From Mayamaea pseudoterrestris (taxonomy: Eukaryota), in the NCBI GenBank assembly GCA_027923505.1, contig BROI01000006.1, positions 992,001 to 1,056,000 of the forward strand: a DNA stretch of 64,000 nucleotides, written 5' to 3'. Positions 52,301 to 64,000 of this stretch are shown piece after piece (position 1 is the first letter of the stretch; the number at the start of each line of letters is the position of its first letter). A program made the translations under genes and the position numbers. The notes below the pieces were generated by a model. It had not been told where the DNA came from. It did not search any database and worked only from the letters and a program-made list of their open reading frames with translations.

Positions 52301-55300
52301 CCAGAATAATGATGTTGGCACCATTCTGGTTTAAATTGGGCACCTACAAGGCTTGCGGTTGGGGCAATGGAATGTCACGGCATCTGCGGGCTGAGACTGG
52401 TGACAAGTTGACACCAAATACATTGCCATCCCCTGAGACACCAGCCAAGCCTACCATCTTGTAGCGCAGCCAGAATAATGATGTTGGCACCATTCTGGTG
52501 TAATTTGGGCACCTACAAGGCTTGTGGTAGGGGCGTTTGAATCTTACAACATCTGCAGGCTGACTGGTGACAAGTTGTCACCAAATACATTGCCATCAAC
52601 TGAGACACAAGCCAATCTTACCATCTTGTTGTGGAGACGGAATAATGATGTTGGCACCATTCTGGTGTAATTTGGGCACCTACAAGGCTTGCGGTAGGGG
52701 CGTTTGAATGCCATGGCATCTGCGGGCTGAGACTGGTGACAAGTTGTCACCAAATACATTGCCATCCCCTGAGACACCATCCAGGCATATCATCTTGTTG
52801 CATACACTGAATAATGATGTTGGCACCATTCTGGTGTAATTTGGGCACCTACAGGGCCTGCTGTAGGGACGTTTGAATGTTATGGCATCTGCAGGCTGAG
52901 ACTGGTGACAAGTTGTCACCAATTACATTGCCATCCCCTGAGACACCAGCCAGGCATACCATTTGTAGCGCAGCCTATATAATGATGTTGGCACCATTCT
53001 TTTGTAATTTGGGCATTTACAGGGCCTGCTGCAGGGGTGTTTGAATGTCACAGCATCTGCAGGCTGAGATTGGTGACAAGTTGTCACCAAATACATTGCC
53101 AACCCCTGAGACGCCAGCCAGGCATATCATCTTGTAGCGGAGACTGGACAAATGATGTTGGCACCATTCTGGTGTAATTTGGGCACCTACAGGGCCTGCT
53201 GTAGGGGCGTTTGAATGTCACGGCATCTGCGGGCTGAGATTGGTGACAAGTTGTCACCAAATACATTGCCATCCCCTGAGACGCCTGCCAGGCATATAAT
53301 CTTGTAGCGGGGACTGCAAAATGATGTTAGCACCATTCTGGTGTAATTTGGGCACCTACAGGGCCAGCTGTAGGGGCGTTTGAATGTCACAACATCTGCA
53401 CACTGAGACTGGTGACAAAATGTCACCAAATACATAGCCATTATCTGAGACACCAGCCAATCTTACCGTCTTGTAGAGCAGCCTGAATAATGATGTTGGC
53501 ACCATTCTGGTGTAATTTGGGCACCTACAGGGCCTGCTGTAGGGGTGTTTGAATGTCACAGCATCTGCGGGCTGAGATTGGTGACAAGTTGTCACCAAAT
53601 AGATTGCCATCCCCTGAGACGCCAGCCAGGCATATAATCTTGTAGCGGGGTCTGCAAAATGATGTTGGCACCATTCTGGTGTAATTTGGGCTCCTACAGG
53701 GCCTGCTGTAGGGGCGTTTGAATGTCACAGCATCTGCGGGCTAAAACTGGTGACAAGTTGTCACCAAATACATTGCCATCACCTAAGACACCAGCCAACC
53801 TTACTGTCTTGAACCGGTAGCGCAGCCTGAATATTGATGTTGGCACCATTCTGGTGTAATTTGGGCTCCTACAGGGCCTGCTGTAGGGGTGTTTGAATGT
53901 CACAGCATCTGCGGGCTGAGATTGGTGACAAGTTGTCACCAAATACATTGCCATCTCCTGAGATGCCAGCCAGGCATATCATTTTGTAGCGCAGCCGAAA
54001 AAATGATGTTGGCACCATTCTGGTGGAATTTGGGCACCTGCAGGGCCTGCTGTAGGGGCGTTTGAATGTCACAGCATCTGCGGGCTAAAACTGGTGACAA
54101 GTTGTCACCAAATACATTGCCATCACCTAAGACACCAGCCAACCTTACCGTCTTGTAGCGCAGACTGAAAAATGATGTTGGCACTATGCTTGTGTAATTT
54201 TGGCACCTACAGGGCCTGCTGTAGGGGCGTTTGAATGTCACGGCATCTGCAGGCTGAGATTGGTAACAAGTTGTCACCAAATAAATTGCCAGCCCCTGAG
54301 ACGCCAGCCAGGCATATCATCTTATTGCGCAGCCTATATAATGATGTTGGAACCATTTCTGGTGTAATTTGGGCACCTACAGGGCCTTCTGTAGGAATGT
54401 TTGAATGTCACAGCATCTGCGGGCTGAGATTGGTGACAAGTTGTCACCAAATACAGCCATCCCCTGAGACGCCAGCCAGGCATCTCATCTTGTTGCGGAG
54501 ACTGAATAATGATGTTGGCACCATTCTGGTGTGATTTGGGTGTATACAGGGCCTGCTGTAGGGGCGTTTGAATGTCACAGCATCTGCGGGCTAAAACTGG
54601 TGACAAGTTGTCACCAAATACATTGCCATCACCTAAGACACCAGCCAACCTTACTGTCTTGAACCGGTAGCGCAGCCTGAATATTGATGTTGGCACCATT
54701 CTGGTGTAATTTGGGCACCTACAGGGCCTGCTGTTGGGGTGTTTGAATGTCACAGCATCTGCGGGCTGAGATTGGTGACAAGTTGTCACCAAATACATTG
54801 CCAAACCATGAGATGCCAGTTAGGCATATCATTTTGTAGCGCAGCCGGAAAAATGATGTTGGCACCATTCTGGTGGAATTTGGGCACCTGCAGGGCCTGC
54901 TGTAGGGGCGTTTGAATGTCACAGCATCTGCGGGCTAAAACTGGTGACAAGTTGTCACCAAATACATTGCCATCACCTAAGACACCAGCCAACCTTACCG
55001 TCTTGTAGCGCAGACTGAAAAATGATGTTGGCACTATTCTTGTGTAATTTGGGCACCTTCAGGGCCTGCTGTAGGGGCGTTTGAATGTCACGGCATCTGC
55101 AGGCTGAGATTGGTGACAAGTTGTCACCAAATACAGCCATCCCCTGAGACGCCAGCCAGGCATATCATCCTGTTGCAGAGCCTGAATAATGATGTTGGCA
55201 CCATTCTGGTGTAATTTGGGCACCTACAGGGCCTGCTGTAGGGGCGTTTGAATGTCACAGCATCTGCGGGCTAAAACTGGTGACAAGTTGTCACCAAATA

Positions 55301-56540
55301 CATTGCCATCACCTAAGACACCAGCCAACCTTACTGCCTTGTACCGGTAGCGCAAACTGAAAAATGATGTTGGCACCATTCTGGTGTAATTTGGGCACCT
55401 ACAGGGCTTGCGGTAGGGGCAATGGAATGTCACGGCATCTGCGGGCTGAGACTGGTGACAAGTTGACACCAAATACATCCCCTGAGACAGCAGCCAAGCC
55501 TACCAAATTGTAGCGCAACCAGAATAATGATGTTGGCACCATTCTGGTGTAATTTGGGCACCTACAGGGCTTGCGGTAGGGGTGTTTGAATGTCACAGCA
55601 TCTGCGGGCTGAGACTGGTGACAAGTTGTCAATAAATACATTGCCATCCCCTGAGATGCCAGCCAGGCATATCATCTTGTTGCGGAGACTGAATAATGAT
55701 GTTGGCACCATTCTGGTGTGATTTGGGCACCTACAGGGCCTGCAGTAGGGGCGTTTGAATGTCACAGCATTTGCGGGCTGAGACTGGTGACAAGTTGTCA
55801 CCAAATACATTGCCATCCCCTGAGACACTAGCCAAGCCTACAATCTTGTAGCGCAGCCGGAATAATGATGTTGGCACCATTCTGGTGTAATTTGGGCACC
55901 TGCAGGGCATGTTATAGGGGCATTTGAATGACAAGGCATCTGCGGGCCAAGACTGGTGACAAGTTGTCACCAATCACATTGCCATCCCCTGAGACACCAG
56001 CCAGGCATGCCATCGTGTAGCGCGGACAGAAAAACGATGTTGGCAGCATTCCGGTTTGATTTGGGTGTATACAGGGCATGTTATAGAGGCAATGGAATGA
56101 CACGGCATCTGCGGGCTGAGACTGGTGACAAGCTGTCACCAAATACATTGCCATCCCCTGAGACAACGGCCAAGCCTACCATCTTGTAGCGCAGCCTGAA
56201 TAATGATGTTGGCAAAATTCTGGTGTGATTTGGGTATATACAGGGCATGTTATAAGGGCAATGGAATGTCACAGCATCTGCAGGCTGAGACTGGTGACAA
56301 GTTGTCACCAAATACATTGCCATCCCCTGAGACACCATCCAAGCCTACCATTTTGTAGCGCAGCCTAAATAATAATGTTGGCACCATTCTGGTTTGATAA
56401 GGGCATATACAGGGCATGTTATAGGGGCAATTGAATATCCTGGTATCTGCTGGCTGAGACTGGTGACAAATTGTCACCAATCATATTGCAGTCTACTGAG
56501 ACATCAACCAGGCATACCATTTTGTAGTGCAGACTGAACA
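49400..56540. repeat. Satellite B, right arm (169-bp unit, ~42 copies)
   Basis: Homologous ORFs offset by 169 (49807/49976/50145). Same orientation as the left arm. Confidence 0.95.
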
Positions 56541-56559
56541 TGACATTTGCTTGATTGTT

Positions 56560-57078
56560 GTTAATAGAAGGTGCTCCCCATGAGAGTGGGTTCCATACAA
56601 GGCAAACCTCCTCCTTACTGCTGCTGTTGCTGCTGCAGCGCAGTTTTTTGTCCGATGATGGCCTGGAGTGGAACAATGTTTGGGTACTATACGAGCATTA
56701 TTACAAAGTGCAAGACAAGTCAAGAGGTGAGAGAAGTTTGAATCCAACATGACATTGACACGAGCACACCCTCACGACGTAATTGCCTCATCACAAAAGC
56801 CTCACCATGTGAAGCAACCTGATGACAACGACGAGGCACAATTTCAAACACAAGTCTTGTTCATTTTTCATATTCACCTTGTCATTGCGCTAATTCAAAT
56901 CCTTATTCTCACGTGACAATGTAATGACGGTCTGAAGCTCCTCAATCATGGTCTTTTTGCGCATGCGAGACTCTCGGGCTGAAATGCAGTTTTGCTCCAA
57001 GCGTTCCTTGCGCTTGCGCACCTTGGTGTCCTCATCATCGTTGGCTTTGGCGTCATTGTTGTTGTTATCAGATGACAT
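56560..57078 (-). pseudogene. bZIP transcription factor pseudogene
   Basis: Basic region RKRKERLEQNCISARESRMRKKTMIEELQ plus a zipper interrupted by TAG. A downstream frame reads YPNIVPLQAIIGQKTALQQQQQQ*GGG with another stop. Confidence 0.75.
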
Positions 57079-57428
57079 GGTGGATGATAGTGAGAGCGCT
57101 TATGTATAAAGAAGGTCAAAGAGGCGAGAGGAGGTGACTTGTGGAGGCCGAGGCACGGCAAGCAGCAGCGAATTACTTTGCTTTGCAGACTGGCTAATTT
57201 ATTCGCCGGAGAAGTGCTTCTCGTTCGGTGGAGCTCAGAGCTCACGGGATCGAGTTTTCACAGTCAATGGTTGCACGACTGAAAAGTCATCGTCTCGTGT
57301 TTCCTTATGACCATGGCGCGCCGGATGGATTTTCACCAGTTCATTCATCCATTCGCGTACTGATAGCGCTGCCTTGCTTCTTGCTACGTTATGATACAAA
57401 CATTTTCGTCTGAAGGTCTCTTCAAAAC

Positions 57429-58175
57429 ATGACTGCTGCTCATCTGGTGATTCTTTATGGCTTCGGTGGCCTTAGTGACGTTGGTCGACACGCCGTCGTT
57501 GCCGCATTGGAGCGATCCAAAGACGAAATCTCCAAAATTACAGTCTTGACCAAGCACCCAAAGCTGTTGGACGAGAGTAATTGGAATTGTGCATGCGTCG
57601 GTGGGCATGGAGCGCTCACGGAGGAGCAAAGGGAGCGAGTCAATGTGGTGGCGTTGGACGACTATAGCGACATTGCGACTCATATCCAAGGAGCCACGGC
57701 TGTAGTTTCCTGTCTTGGCAATCGTCAGCCATTCTTTGGCTTTCGGGATGCCTGCGAAGGAACGACGGCATTACTAGAGGCCATGCGTTCCAACAAAATT
57801 AAGCGGCTTGTCTGCATGACAAGTGTTGGCATTGCCGAAGACTGGCCGCCAATGGAGCGTCACTGGTCGCGGTGGATCATGACTGGGATATTTTTGACGA
57901 TCGGTCGTCCATCCTTCAACGACTTGTCGCAGATGGAGAAAGCTGTCCGAGCGGATGATGACTGCGACTATCTTTTGGTTCGACCTGTTGGTATCAGCGA
58001 AGACATGGTTCCTGTCAATCAGTGGTACATTCAAAAGACCAAGTGGGAAGATGCGCCCTACTTTAACATGGCCAAGCTTGACGTGGCGCGCTTCATGGTG
58101 GGAGAAGCCATTCAGCCTACTCGAATCAAGGATGCAGTAGTGATTGGCGCCGTTCCGCCGGAGACGTCAACGTGA
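57429..58175 (+). CDS. NAD(P)-binding Rossmann protein, flavin reductase/BLVRB-like
   Basis: VILYGFGGLSDVGRHAV, ATAVVSCLG, KRLVCMTSVG, DYLLVRPVG and DVARFMV. Confidence 0.8.
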   Translation: MTAAHLVILYGFGGLSDVGRHAVVAALERSKDEISKITVLTKHPKLLDESNWNCACVGGHGALTEEQRERVNVVALDDYSDIATHIQGATAVVSCLGNRQPFFGFRDACEGTTALLEAMRSNKIKRLVCMTSVGIAEDWPPMERHWSRWIMTGIFLTIGRPSFNDLSQMEKAVRADDDCDYLLVRPVGISEDMVPVNQWYIQKTKWEDAPYFNMAKLDVARFMVGEAIQPTRIKDAVVIGAVPPETST

Positions 58176-58474
58176 TCTGCAGTCTGAGTTAGTGTGAATG
58201 TTAACGCGCTCTCTATTTTAGGACAACTTTTATTGTAATGCAACACATTTCAGTTTGCGGGATTGTTTGTAACCTAATTGCTCTTGTACAACGACCGGTC
58301 CGTGCGCTGCGGGATTACTTCGAAAAGACGAAATCGAAGTGTGTCGCATTGAGAACCACTACGATCTTAAGGCACGCCTCCGTGCATCGCATTCGCCGAC
58401 ATCATCGCTGTCAAGTGTGGACCCTTTTGCCTCCCCTACAACTCTCCAGGAGATTACCGGTAGAAGTGACTATC

Positions 58475-60850
58475 ATGTGGAGCAAAAATACATTTCAATT
58501 TTCAGTGCGTCACAATTTCTTCCGTCGCGACACCTTTTCGACATCAACAAGATTCCGTCACGCTCATGGCAGCAGACGAACCTTTCACTTTGCGACGACA
58601 GAATATGCAAAATGCTTTCTAGACTTGCCGCAACCCGATCCTGTCGCTCTTCGAAAACAAGCAATTGAATTCATCGACTCGTTCGACAAGAATCTGTGGT
58701 ACGATGAGCCGGTGAGTGATAGGCTAGTTGTTCTTTCAAAATCCTTTTCGGTTTCTGCATTCTGACACGACGTTATGATTGCTGCTGCTCCAGATGGTTA
58801 CACTACTATGCGGAAATGCACTGACTGATAACTCATCGGCACCCGTTGATACGATTGACGCACTCGGATCGATCAATGGTAAACAAATCATGGCGTCTCC
58901 CGAACAAATCCAGCAGTTGAAGGAACACGTCAAAACCTTTGTCTCGCCCTATACTGACTTGCGACAAAAAATGCGAGCAGTCGAACAAGAGTTACTGACC
59001 AATTATGCTGGTTTTCTAATTGGTATCCAATGCATTGACTTTCAAAAGCAAGATGGCATTACAGAGGCAAGTACGAAGTACCGGTTGCGAGTAGGCGTTT
59101 TATCCCATATATTGTCATGTTTACTCGTCCACTCGTTCTTTGATAGATTGAGGAAGCAGTCATGGCCAATGCCGTCGAGCGTCGATTGAATGATTTGCTC
59201 TTGAGGGACGAAGCACTCAAAATGGTTCACATTGATCGACGACCAATCTATGTTTCGTGCGTCTCCAACTTTAGCAACTTTTTGGATCTTTTTCGAAAGT
59301 CGATTCGATCGTTAGAAGTCGGAGTGCCTGTTGTAATACTTGGGCGGTCAAACACGGCGCAACACTGCTTTCGCTGGACGCAGTTGCTGGTCCAGCTCAT
59401 GACGGAGCAAGGTGTGGATCCTGGAATGGTCACTTTTCTTTCTTGCGCACTGGACGATATTAAAGATATTACTAGATCCTGTAAAGACCAAACCGGCAAC
59501 TTGTACACGACATGCTCGCGAGAACTGGCTGCGGCGATCAAATCTGACTATCCGAACACTGTGGCATCAACTGGAGGCCCCAACACGCTGGTGACAACCC
59601 AACTGACCGACGCTGTCAAGCAGGCGGTCCAAACGAGTGCAAGTATCGAGTCATCTGGTCAGTGCACAGCCTTGCGCCATTGTGTTGTTCCACTGGACAC
59701 GAGCGATGAAGATTTGGAGGGCGTCTTTGGATCGATCCATGAAATTAACGACGCTCCACACGCTGTCAAAAACTTGCAGTTTGATGGAGTCTTTAGCAAT
59801 CATAAAGGCAGTGCCGCGCCGGACGACGGCAGCGGTTACAAGCGGCATGCAAACGCCGATGCTTATTACAAGATTAGTGATGAGCTTCCGCCAGCAGGTA
59901 TGAATGAGTACTGGCGACGAGTCGCTATTGATTTTTCAAAATTGGATTTGCAGGCGAATGGCAATGTAAACAAACTTGCCACGTGGCTTAATACGAATCA
60001 GCCAATTTCGCTGGCCGTGAATGGTCCACGTAAGGAAGCACTAAAGCTGGGTTTAGAGCTATTTGGAAAGACTGGTATGGTTGTAAACACGATTGGAAGT
60101 ACAGACGATGCCGACATGGCACCGGCAATGACTTGCCAAGCTCGACCCCAGGAAGCAGAAATATTTGGAGAATTTCCACCGCGAACTGATTTGAACAAGT
60201 ATACTCGCTTTCCAGTCGTTGTTCCTTCCTCGAATCCATCGTATGGAGCTACCTATGTGGAAGCATTCTTGGCGAATAAGACTATCCCGTCATGGTTTGG
60301 GGAGTCAACGAAGAATCTGCTCGGTGAACTAGAAAGTCCATTGGTCAGAGGATACTGCGTGATCCTGATCAAATACCTTCAAGACGTTGCACGCCAAAAT
60401 CCAAAACAAGGCTTTGGGAAGAGTCGAACAGCCGTCTGGGGTCTTCAGCGTCCCCCGCTTGGCACAAAGACGATTCTGCGCTGCTCGCCGTCAGTTGACT
60501 GGGATGGTGTTTGCCCCATTTTTGTGCTGTTCCATGCGACAAATGCTCGACCACAGGTCGAGTTGTCCATCGACCCAGCCAATAAGGAGCTCGTTGATCT
60601 CTGCCGCAAGCATAACCTGTCTCATGACGTGGAAACAGCTGTTGAGGCGGAGGAACGAGCAATGTCGCAGCCGGACCTCATGTTTAACACAGTTCAAGTC
60701 GAGGAGCATTTGCTTAGTAGCTTTCCCATGGCTGGGAACTTTGTCAGTCTCTACTTCCCGCTCGGTCACATTAAAAGCACGAAGCCCAACGACCTCGAAT
60801 TTACATTGTTAGCGCGACTTTCCGACAAGTGGCTCAACACACTCTTTTAA
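58475..60850 (+). CDS. Divergent aldehyde dehydrogenase-superfamily protein with a probable mitochondrial presequence; exons 58475-58711, 58794-59066 and 59147-60850
   Basis: VSNFSNF, GVPVVI, GVDPGMVTFL, STGGPN, SSGQCTA and EIFG follow ALDH motif order. The exons join in frame via one GT-AG and one GC-AG intron. Confidence 0.75.
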
Positions 60851-61191
60851 CGTACAAGCAACAACATATTGTAACGAATAGAATGAGTTATCTGACGTGT
60901 CAAAAAAGTCTTTTGTGTACTCGGGCGGTCATGTTGTGTTGTTTACCAGTGAAGCTGCGCCCATCACCGTAGTTGTGGCTTGAAAAGCGCATGTCGGTCG
61001 CCAGCGTTGTCCAAAGAACAATTTGACTGCTTTTGGTGTGCGCGCCTCTATGCGTTGATCGTTGCACAAGCGCAGCCGGCTAAGATCCACGTTCGACTTT
61101 TGCAGATTCTGATAGCATCGAGCCATGTAGATTGCTCCAACAGATATTCGTGTTCCGTATGCAGCTCCGCTCATTCATTTACAAGACGGAT

Positions 61192-62565
61192 TCAAGTTTG
61201 CCCGCCCAATGACTTCTTGAACACCAAACTCGCCCTTGACGCCACCTCTCCCTTGGCGTCAGCCTTTTTTACAGTATGTTGGTAAGTCTGCTGACAATTT
61301 CCAAACATGTGCGTGACATCGCCGTCCATGACCCAAAACGAGTGCACTCGGCCACGCGAGTCTGCGTTCTCCCGAAAGGCAAACCTCCTCGTTGCCCCAA
61401 TGCTCACCACGGCCGTATCAAACTCCCAGAGTGTGCCTTGGTCAGGATCGGAATGGTAACGCATGGCACTTGTGCCATCGTAGTAGTGATTGATCAAGCA
61501 GCAATCGTAGTCAATGCCGAGTGGAATTTTCAACGCATCTCGCGTCGTTTGCACCAATGGTGACCAATCTTGCCGGCGCATGCTCTTGCCCGAGTACAGA
61601 AACGGGCCAACCGACGTTTCGCCCTGCCACGCCGTCCGCCGTCGTTCCAAAACGGGCAAGCCCTGGTTAGTCTTAATGGTTGCTTCATCGCCGCTTGCAA
61701 AGCTGACCTGCGACAAGAGGCTGTCGACGTTAAGATGAAGTGCACTGGGTCCCTCGTTTAATGCAACGTTTGCGCAAAGGTTTGGATGAATGCGAAACGG
61801 CAAGCCCAGCTCATGATAGGCTCGTTCAATGTGGCTTGGTACGAGAGGAAGCGAGTAATTGCCCCGTGAGGCACTCATCGAGCGTAAGCCCTCCAGCGCC
61901 CAAAACAGTCCCGACAATTGGTGCGGTTCAAATGCTTTGAGCTGGTCGACTGTAACGTCACTCCAAAAGTTCATTAGTGGATATGTAATGGCTCGTAACC
62001 AATTGCTTGACATATCAGTTGGTTGGTTCTTGACTAGAATGCGAATTACGACAGAAGCCGCTTTTGTTGCGTCAACTAGCGATCCGATGGATTGGTGATT
62101 ATACGGCATCCGGCTCAGCAAGCGATGCAGAATGAATTGAGCGTCGTCGTCACCGTCGCAGTCGAGCAAAAGTGGAAGACTCGCTGCTGCTGCGGCTGCA
62201 TCGATATCTCTCTCGCTACAATTTTCTGCTTCATTTGCATATCTTTGCTGGTTGTCGAGTGCGACAAGCTGCTTGCAGAGCCGAGTCCAAATGAGGGCGT
62301 TAATGTGAAGATAGTCGCCGCTGGCTTCACCATGACATGCTTGAAACCCCAACGGCCGAGCGACTCGCTGCAAGAGTCCTTCCGGCGTGACGCACTGCTG
62401 GAGCGTGGCAATGAGACTGCTACTTGTACTGCTGCTGGAGCTTGTCGTTGTTGATAAAAGGTGCGTCGCTTGTCGGCGCGTGGTGCCGATCGGGCGAACA
62501 ACAAGTGCACCAACACCGACATGCAGCAGCAATGAAAGCGTCACAGCGACGCTCGTCCTTCGCAT
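61192..62565 (-). CDS. AlkB-family 2OG-Fe(II) dioxygenase (ALKBH2/3-like C-terminal domain) with an N-terminal targeting peptide
   Basis: RRRTAWQG, FLYSG, CLINHY.DG, YHSD (HxD), VSIGATRRFAFR, QQTYQHTV and RASLVFK. Confidence 0.85.
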   Translation of the reverse strand: MRRTSVAVTLSLLLHVGVGALVVRPIGTTRRQATHLLSTTTSSSSSTSSSLIATLQQCVTPEGLLQRVARPLGFQACHGEASGDYLHINALIWTRLCKQLVALDNQQRYANEAENCSERDIDAAAAAASLPLLLDCDGDDDAQFILHRLLSRMPYNHQSIGSLVDATKAASVVIRILVKNQPTDMSSNWLRAITYPLMNFWSDVTVDQLKAFEPHQLSGLFWALEGLRSMSASRGNYSLPLVPSHIERAYHELGLPFRIHPNLCANVALNEGPSALHLNVDSLLSQVSFASGDEATIKTNQGLPVLERRRTAWQGETSVGPFLYSGKSMRRQDWSPLVQTTRDALKIPLGIDYDCCLINHYYDGTSAMRYHSDPDQGTLWEFDTAVVSIGATRRFAFRENADSRGRVHSFWVMDGDVTHMFGNCQQTYQHTVKKADAKGEVASRASLVFKKSLGGQT

Positions 62566-62733
62566 GATTGCAGCAGCCGTCTTTCTTTTGGACTATTAAA
62601 ACAACAACTGCAGATGACAATGGTTCCTTTGCTAATCATAAAGTGTGATGAAGCGCATGAATGGCTCCGCCTTGGTCGAAAGGCGTTCAAACAGTAAATG
62701 GCGACATGCGGCACAGTATCAACCTAATAAAAA

Positions 62734-63128
62734 ACGTCATGAGGCAATAGTACGAAACGAATGCCAGTGTCAATAACGTCACAAGGCAATAGTACGAAAC
62801 AAGTGCCAGTGTCAATTACGTCACAAGGCAATAGTATTAAACGAGTGCCAGTGAAAACTGCGTCATAAGGCAATAGTACGAAACGAGTGCCAGTGAAAAC
62901 TACGTCAGAAAGCAATAGTAAGAAAACGAGTGCCAGTGAAAACTACGTCACTAGGCAATATTGCGAAACGAGTGCCAGTGAAAACTGCGTCTCGTAGGCA
63001 ATAGTGTGAAACGAGTGCCAGTGAAAACTGCGTCGCAAGGCAATAGTACGAAACGAGTGCCAGTGTCAATTTCGTCACAGGGCAATAGTACGAAACGAGT
63101 GCCAGTGTCAATTTCGTCCCAAGGCAAT
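62734..63128 (-). repeat. 42-bp minisatellite array 3 (9 units, A2-B5-A2, inverted) between the divergent AlkB-like and RluA genes
   Basis: Reverse complement of the same unit, with unit ends at 62781, 62823, 62865, 62907, 62950, 62992, 63035, 63077 and 63119. Confidence 0.97.
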
Positions 63129-63190
63129 GTATGGCCATTCACTTGTGCATTGCTTTACTTCCATCCTGCCATCAGGAACAGATTGAGATC

Positions 63191-64000
63191 ATGTTTAGCT
63201 TGCTGACAAGGTCTGGAAAACAAAGCGGAGTTTGCATCAATTACCGTCACTTCAGTCAAGCGATAGCGCAAAAAAAAAGCATCAGTCGAGAACCAGCAGC
63301 CGCACTGCCGACTCCGCAAGTTCTCTACACCAACAACCATTTGCTCGTCGTGAACAAGCCTCCAGGATGGCACAGCATGCCAGGCACTGATCGAAAGAGT
63401 ATTGTTTCGTATCTTCAGTCGCAGCGACTCGGTGGCGGCTCGCAAAACACTTACTTGACGCCACTCCATCGCATCGATCAGCCATGTTCGGGCGTGTTGA
63501 TGCTGGCCAAGACGAAACGCATCGCGCAACGAATACAATCGAACTGGAACAAGGCCGTCGTTCGAAAAATTTATTTTTGTGTCTTGGATGACTCGGTGAA
63601 TCTGGAGCGACTGGAGCAGGCATCATCGAAATGCGTCAATGACGAGTGGATGGAACTGACTGGATATCATTTGCCGACGCGTCAACAACATCAAGGCCAA
63701 ATGATTCATGGCACTGCGCCCAAAGGATGGTCCGTGACCATGGCACTGCATGTAAATGATGCGAATCAAGCTGATTGCATGCGAACCATTCAGTGGCGGC
63801 GAGCAGTTGTTGAAGACAGCAACGACACGAGCCGCAACAATACACTACTTGCCATTGAGACGCACCAAGGATCTCGACACATGATTCGAGCACTGCTGGG
63901 CATGGTGCAGTGTCCAATCGCCGGAGACGTTCGATATGGAGCAAGACGACCGCTGCCGGATTGGTCGGTCGCCCTTCATGCGAAACGATTGGACCTTTCG
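63191..64000 (+). CDS. RluA-family RNA pseudouridine synthase (runs off the window end; absent from the supplied ORF track)
   Basis: Hand translation from ATG 63191 gives LLVVNKPPGW, LHRIDQPCSG (catalytic Asp), GSRHMIRA, PIAGDVRYG and ALHA. Confidence 0.92.
   Translation, partial: MFSLLTRSGKQSGVCINYRHFSQAIAQKKSISREPAAALPTPQVLYTNNHLLVVNKPPGWHSMPGTDRKSIVSYLQSQRLGGGSQNTYLTPLHRIDQPCSGVLMLAKTKRIAQRIQSNWNKAVVRKIYFCVLDDSVNLERLEQASSKCVNDEWMELTGYHLPTRQQHQGQMIHGTAPKGWSVTMALHVNDANQADCMRTIQWRRAVVEDSNDTSRNNTLLAIETHQGSRHMIRALLGMVQCPIAGDVRYGARRPLPDWSVALHAKRLDLS

Noticed and set aside
44600..56500. Numerous ~85-aa ORFs in satellites B and C
   Set aside because: The 169-bp period shifts frame every unit and satellite C has frame-breaking unit-length variation, so these are translation artefacts of tandem repeats.
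43700..57120. Whole repeat block as a single TIR- or LTR-bounded transposon
   Set aside because: I could not find convincing terminal repeats, a TSD or a transposase.

Overview
Eukaryotic, gene-dense DNA, most likely a diatom (inferred from short 73-95 nt spliceosomal introns, ASAF-type plastid presequences, mitochondrial AcnB-type aconitase and THIC with a 3' UTR TPP aptamer). About 14 recognisable genes: a MOV10/SDE3-like SF1 helicase, acnB, a single-TM unknown protein, a ~2100-aa formin, a 1.4-kaa repeat protein, YjbQ, a small acidic-tailed membrane protein, GST, an SLC35A transporter, THIC, a flavin-reductase-like protein, a divergent ALDH, an AlkB-like dioxygenase and an RluA pseudouridine synthase. 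There is also a bZIP pseudogene, a copia RT remnant, a damaged ~6 kb copy of the formin locus and two large CpG-poor satellite blocks (356, 169 and ~235 bp units). The most striking unexplained signal is a family of three dispersed 42-bp minisatellite arrays. Each has exactly 9 units, the same A-B-A subtype order and helically phased TGACG(T) motifs. Each lies between a divergently transcribed gene pair and they share no flanking sequence. A second signal is that the 356-bp satellite is a dimer whose halves carry homologous 27-bp palindromes differing by symmetric substitutions. All calls are by eye; no database search was run.
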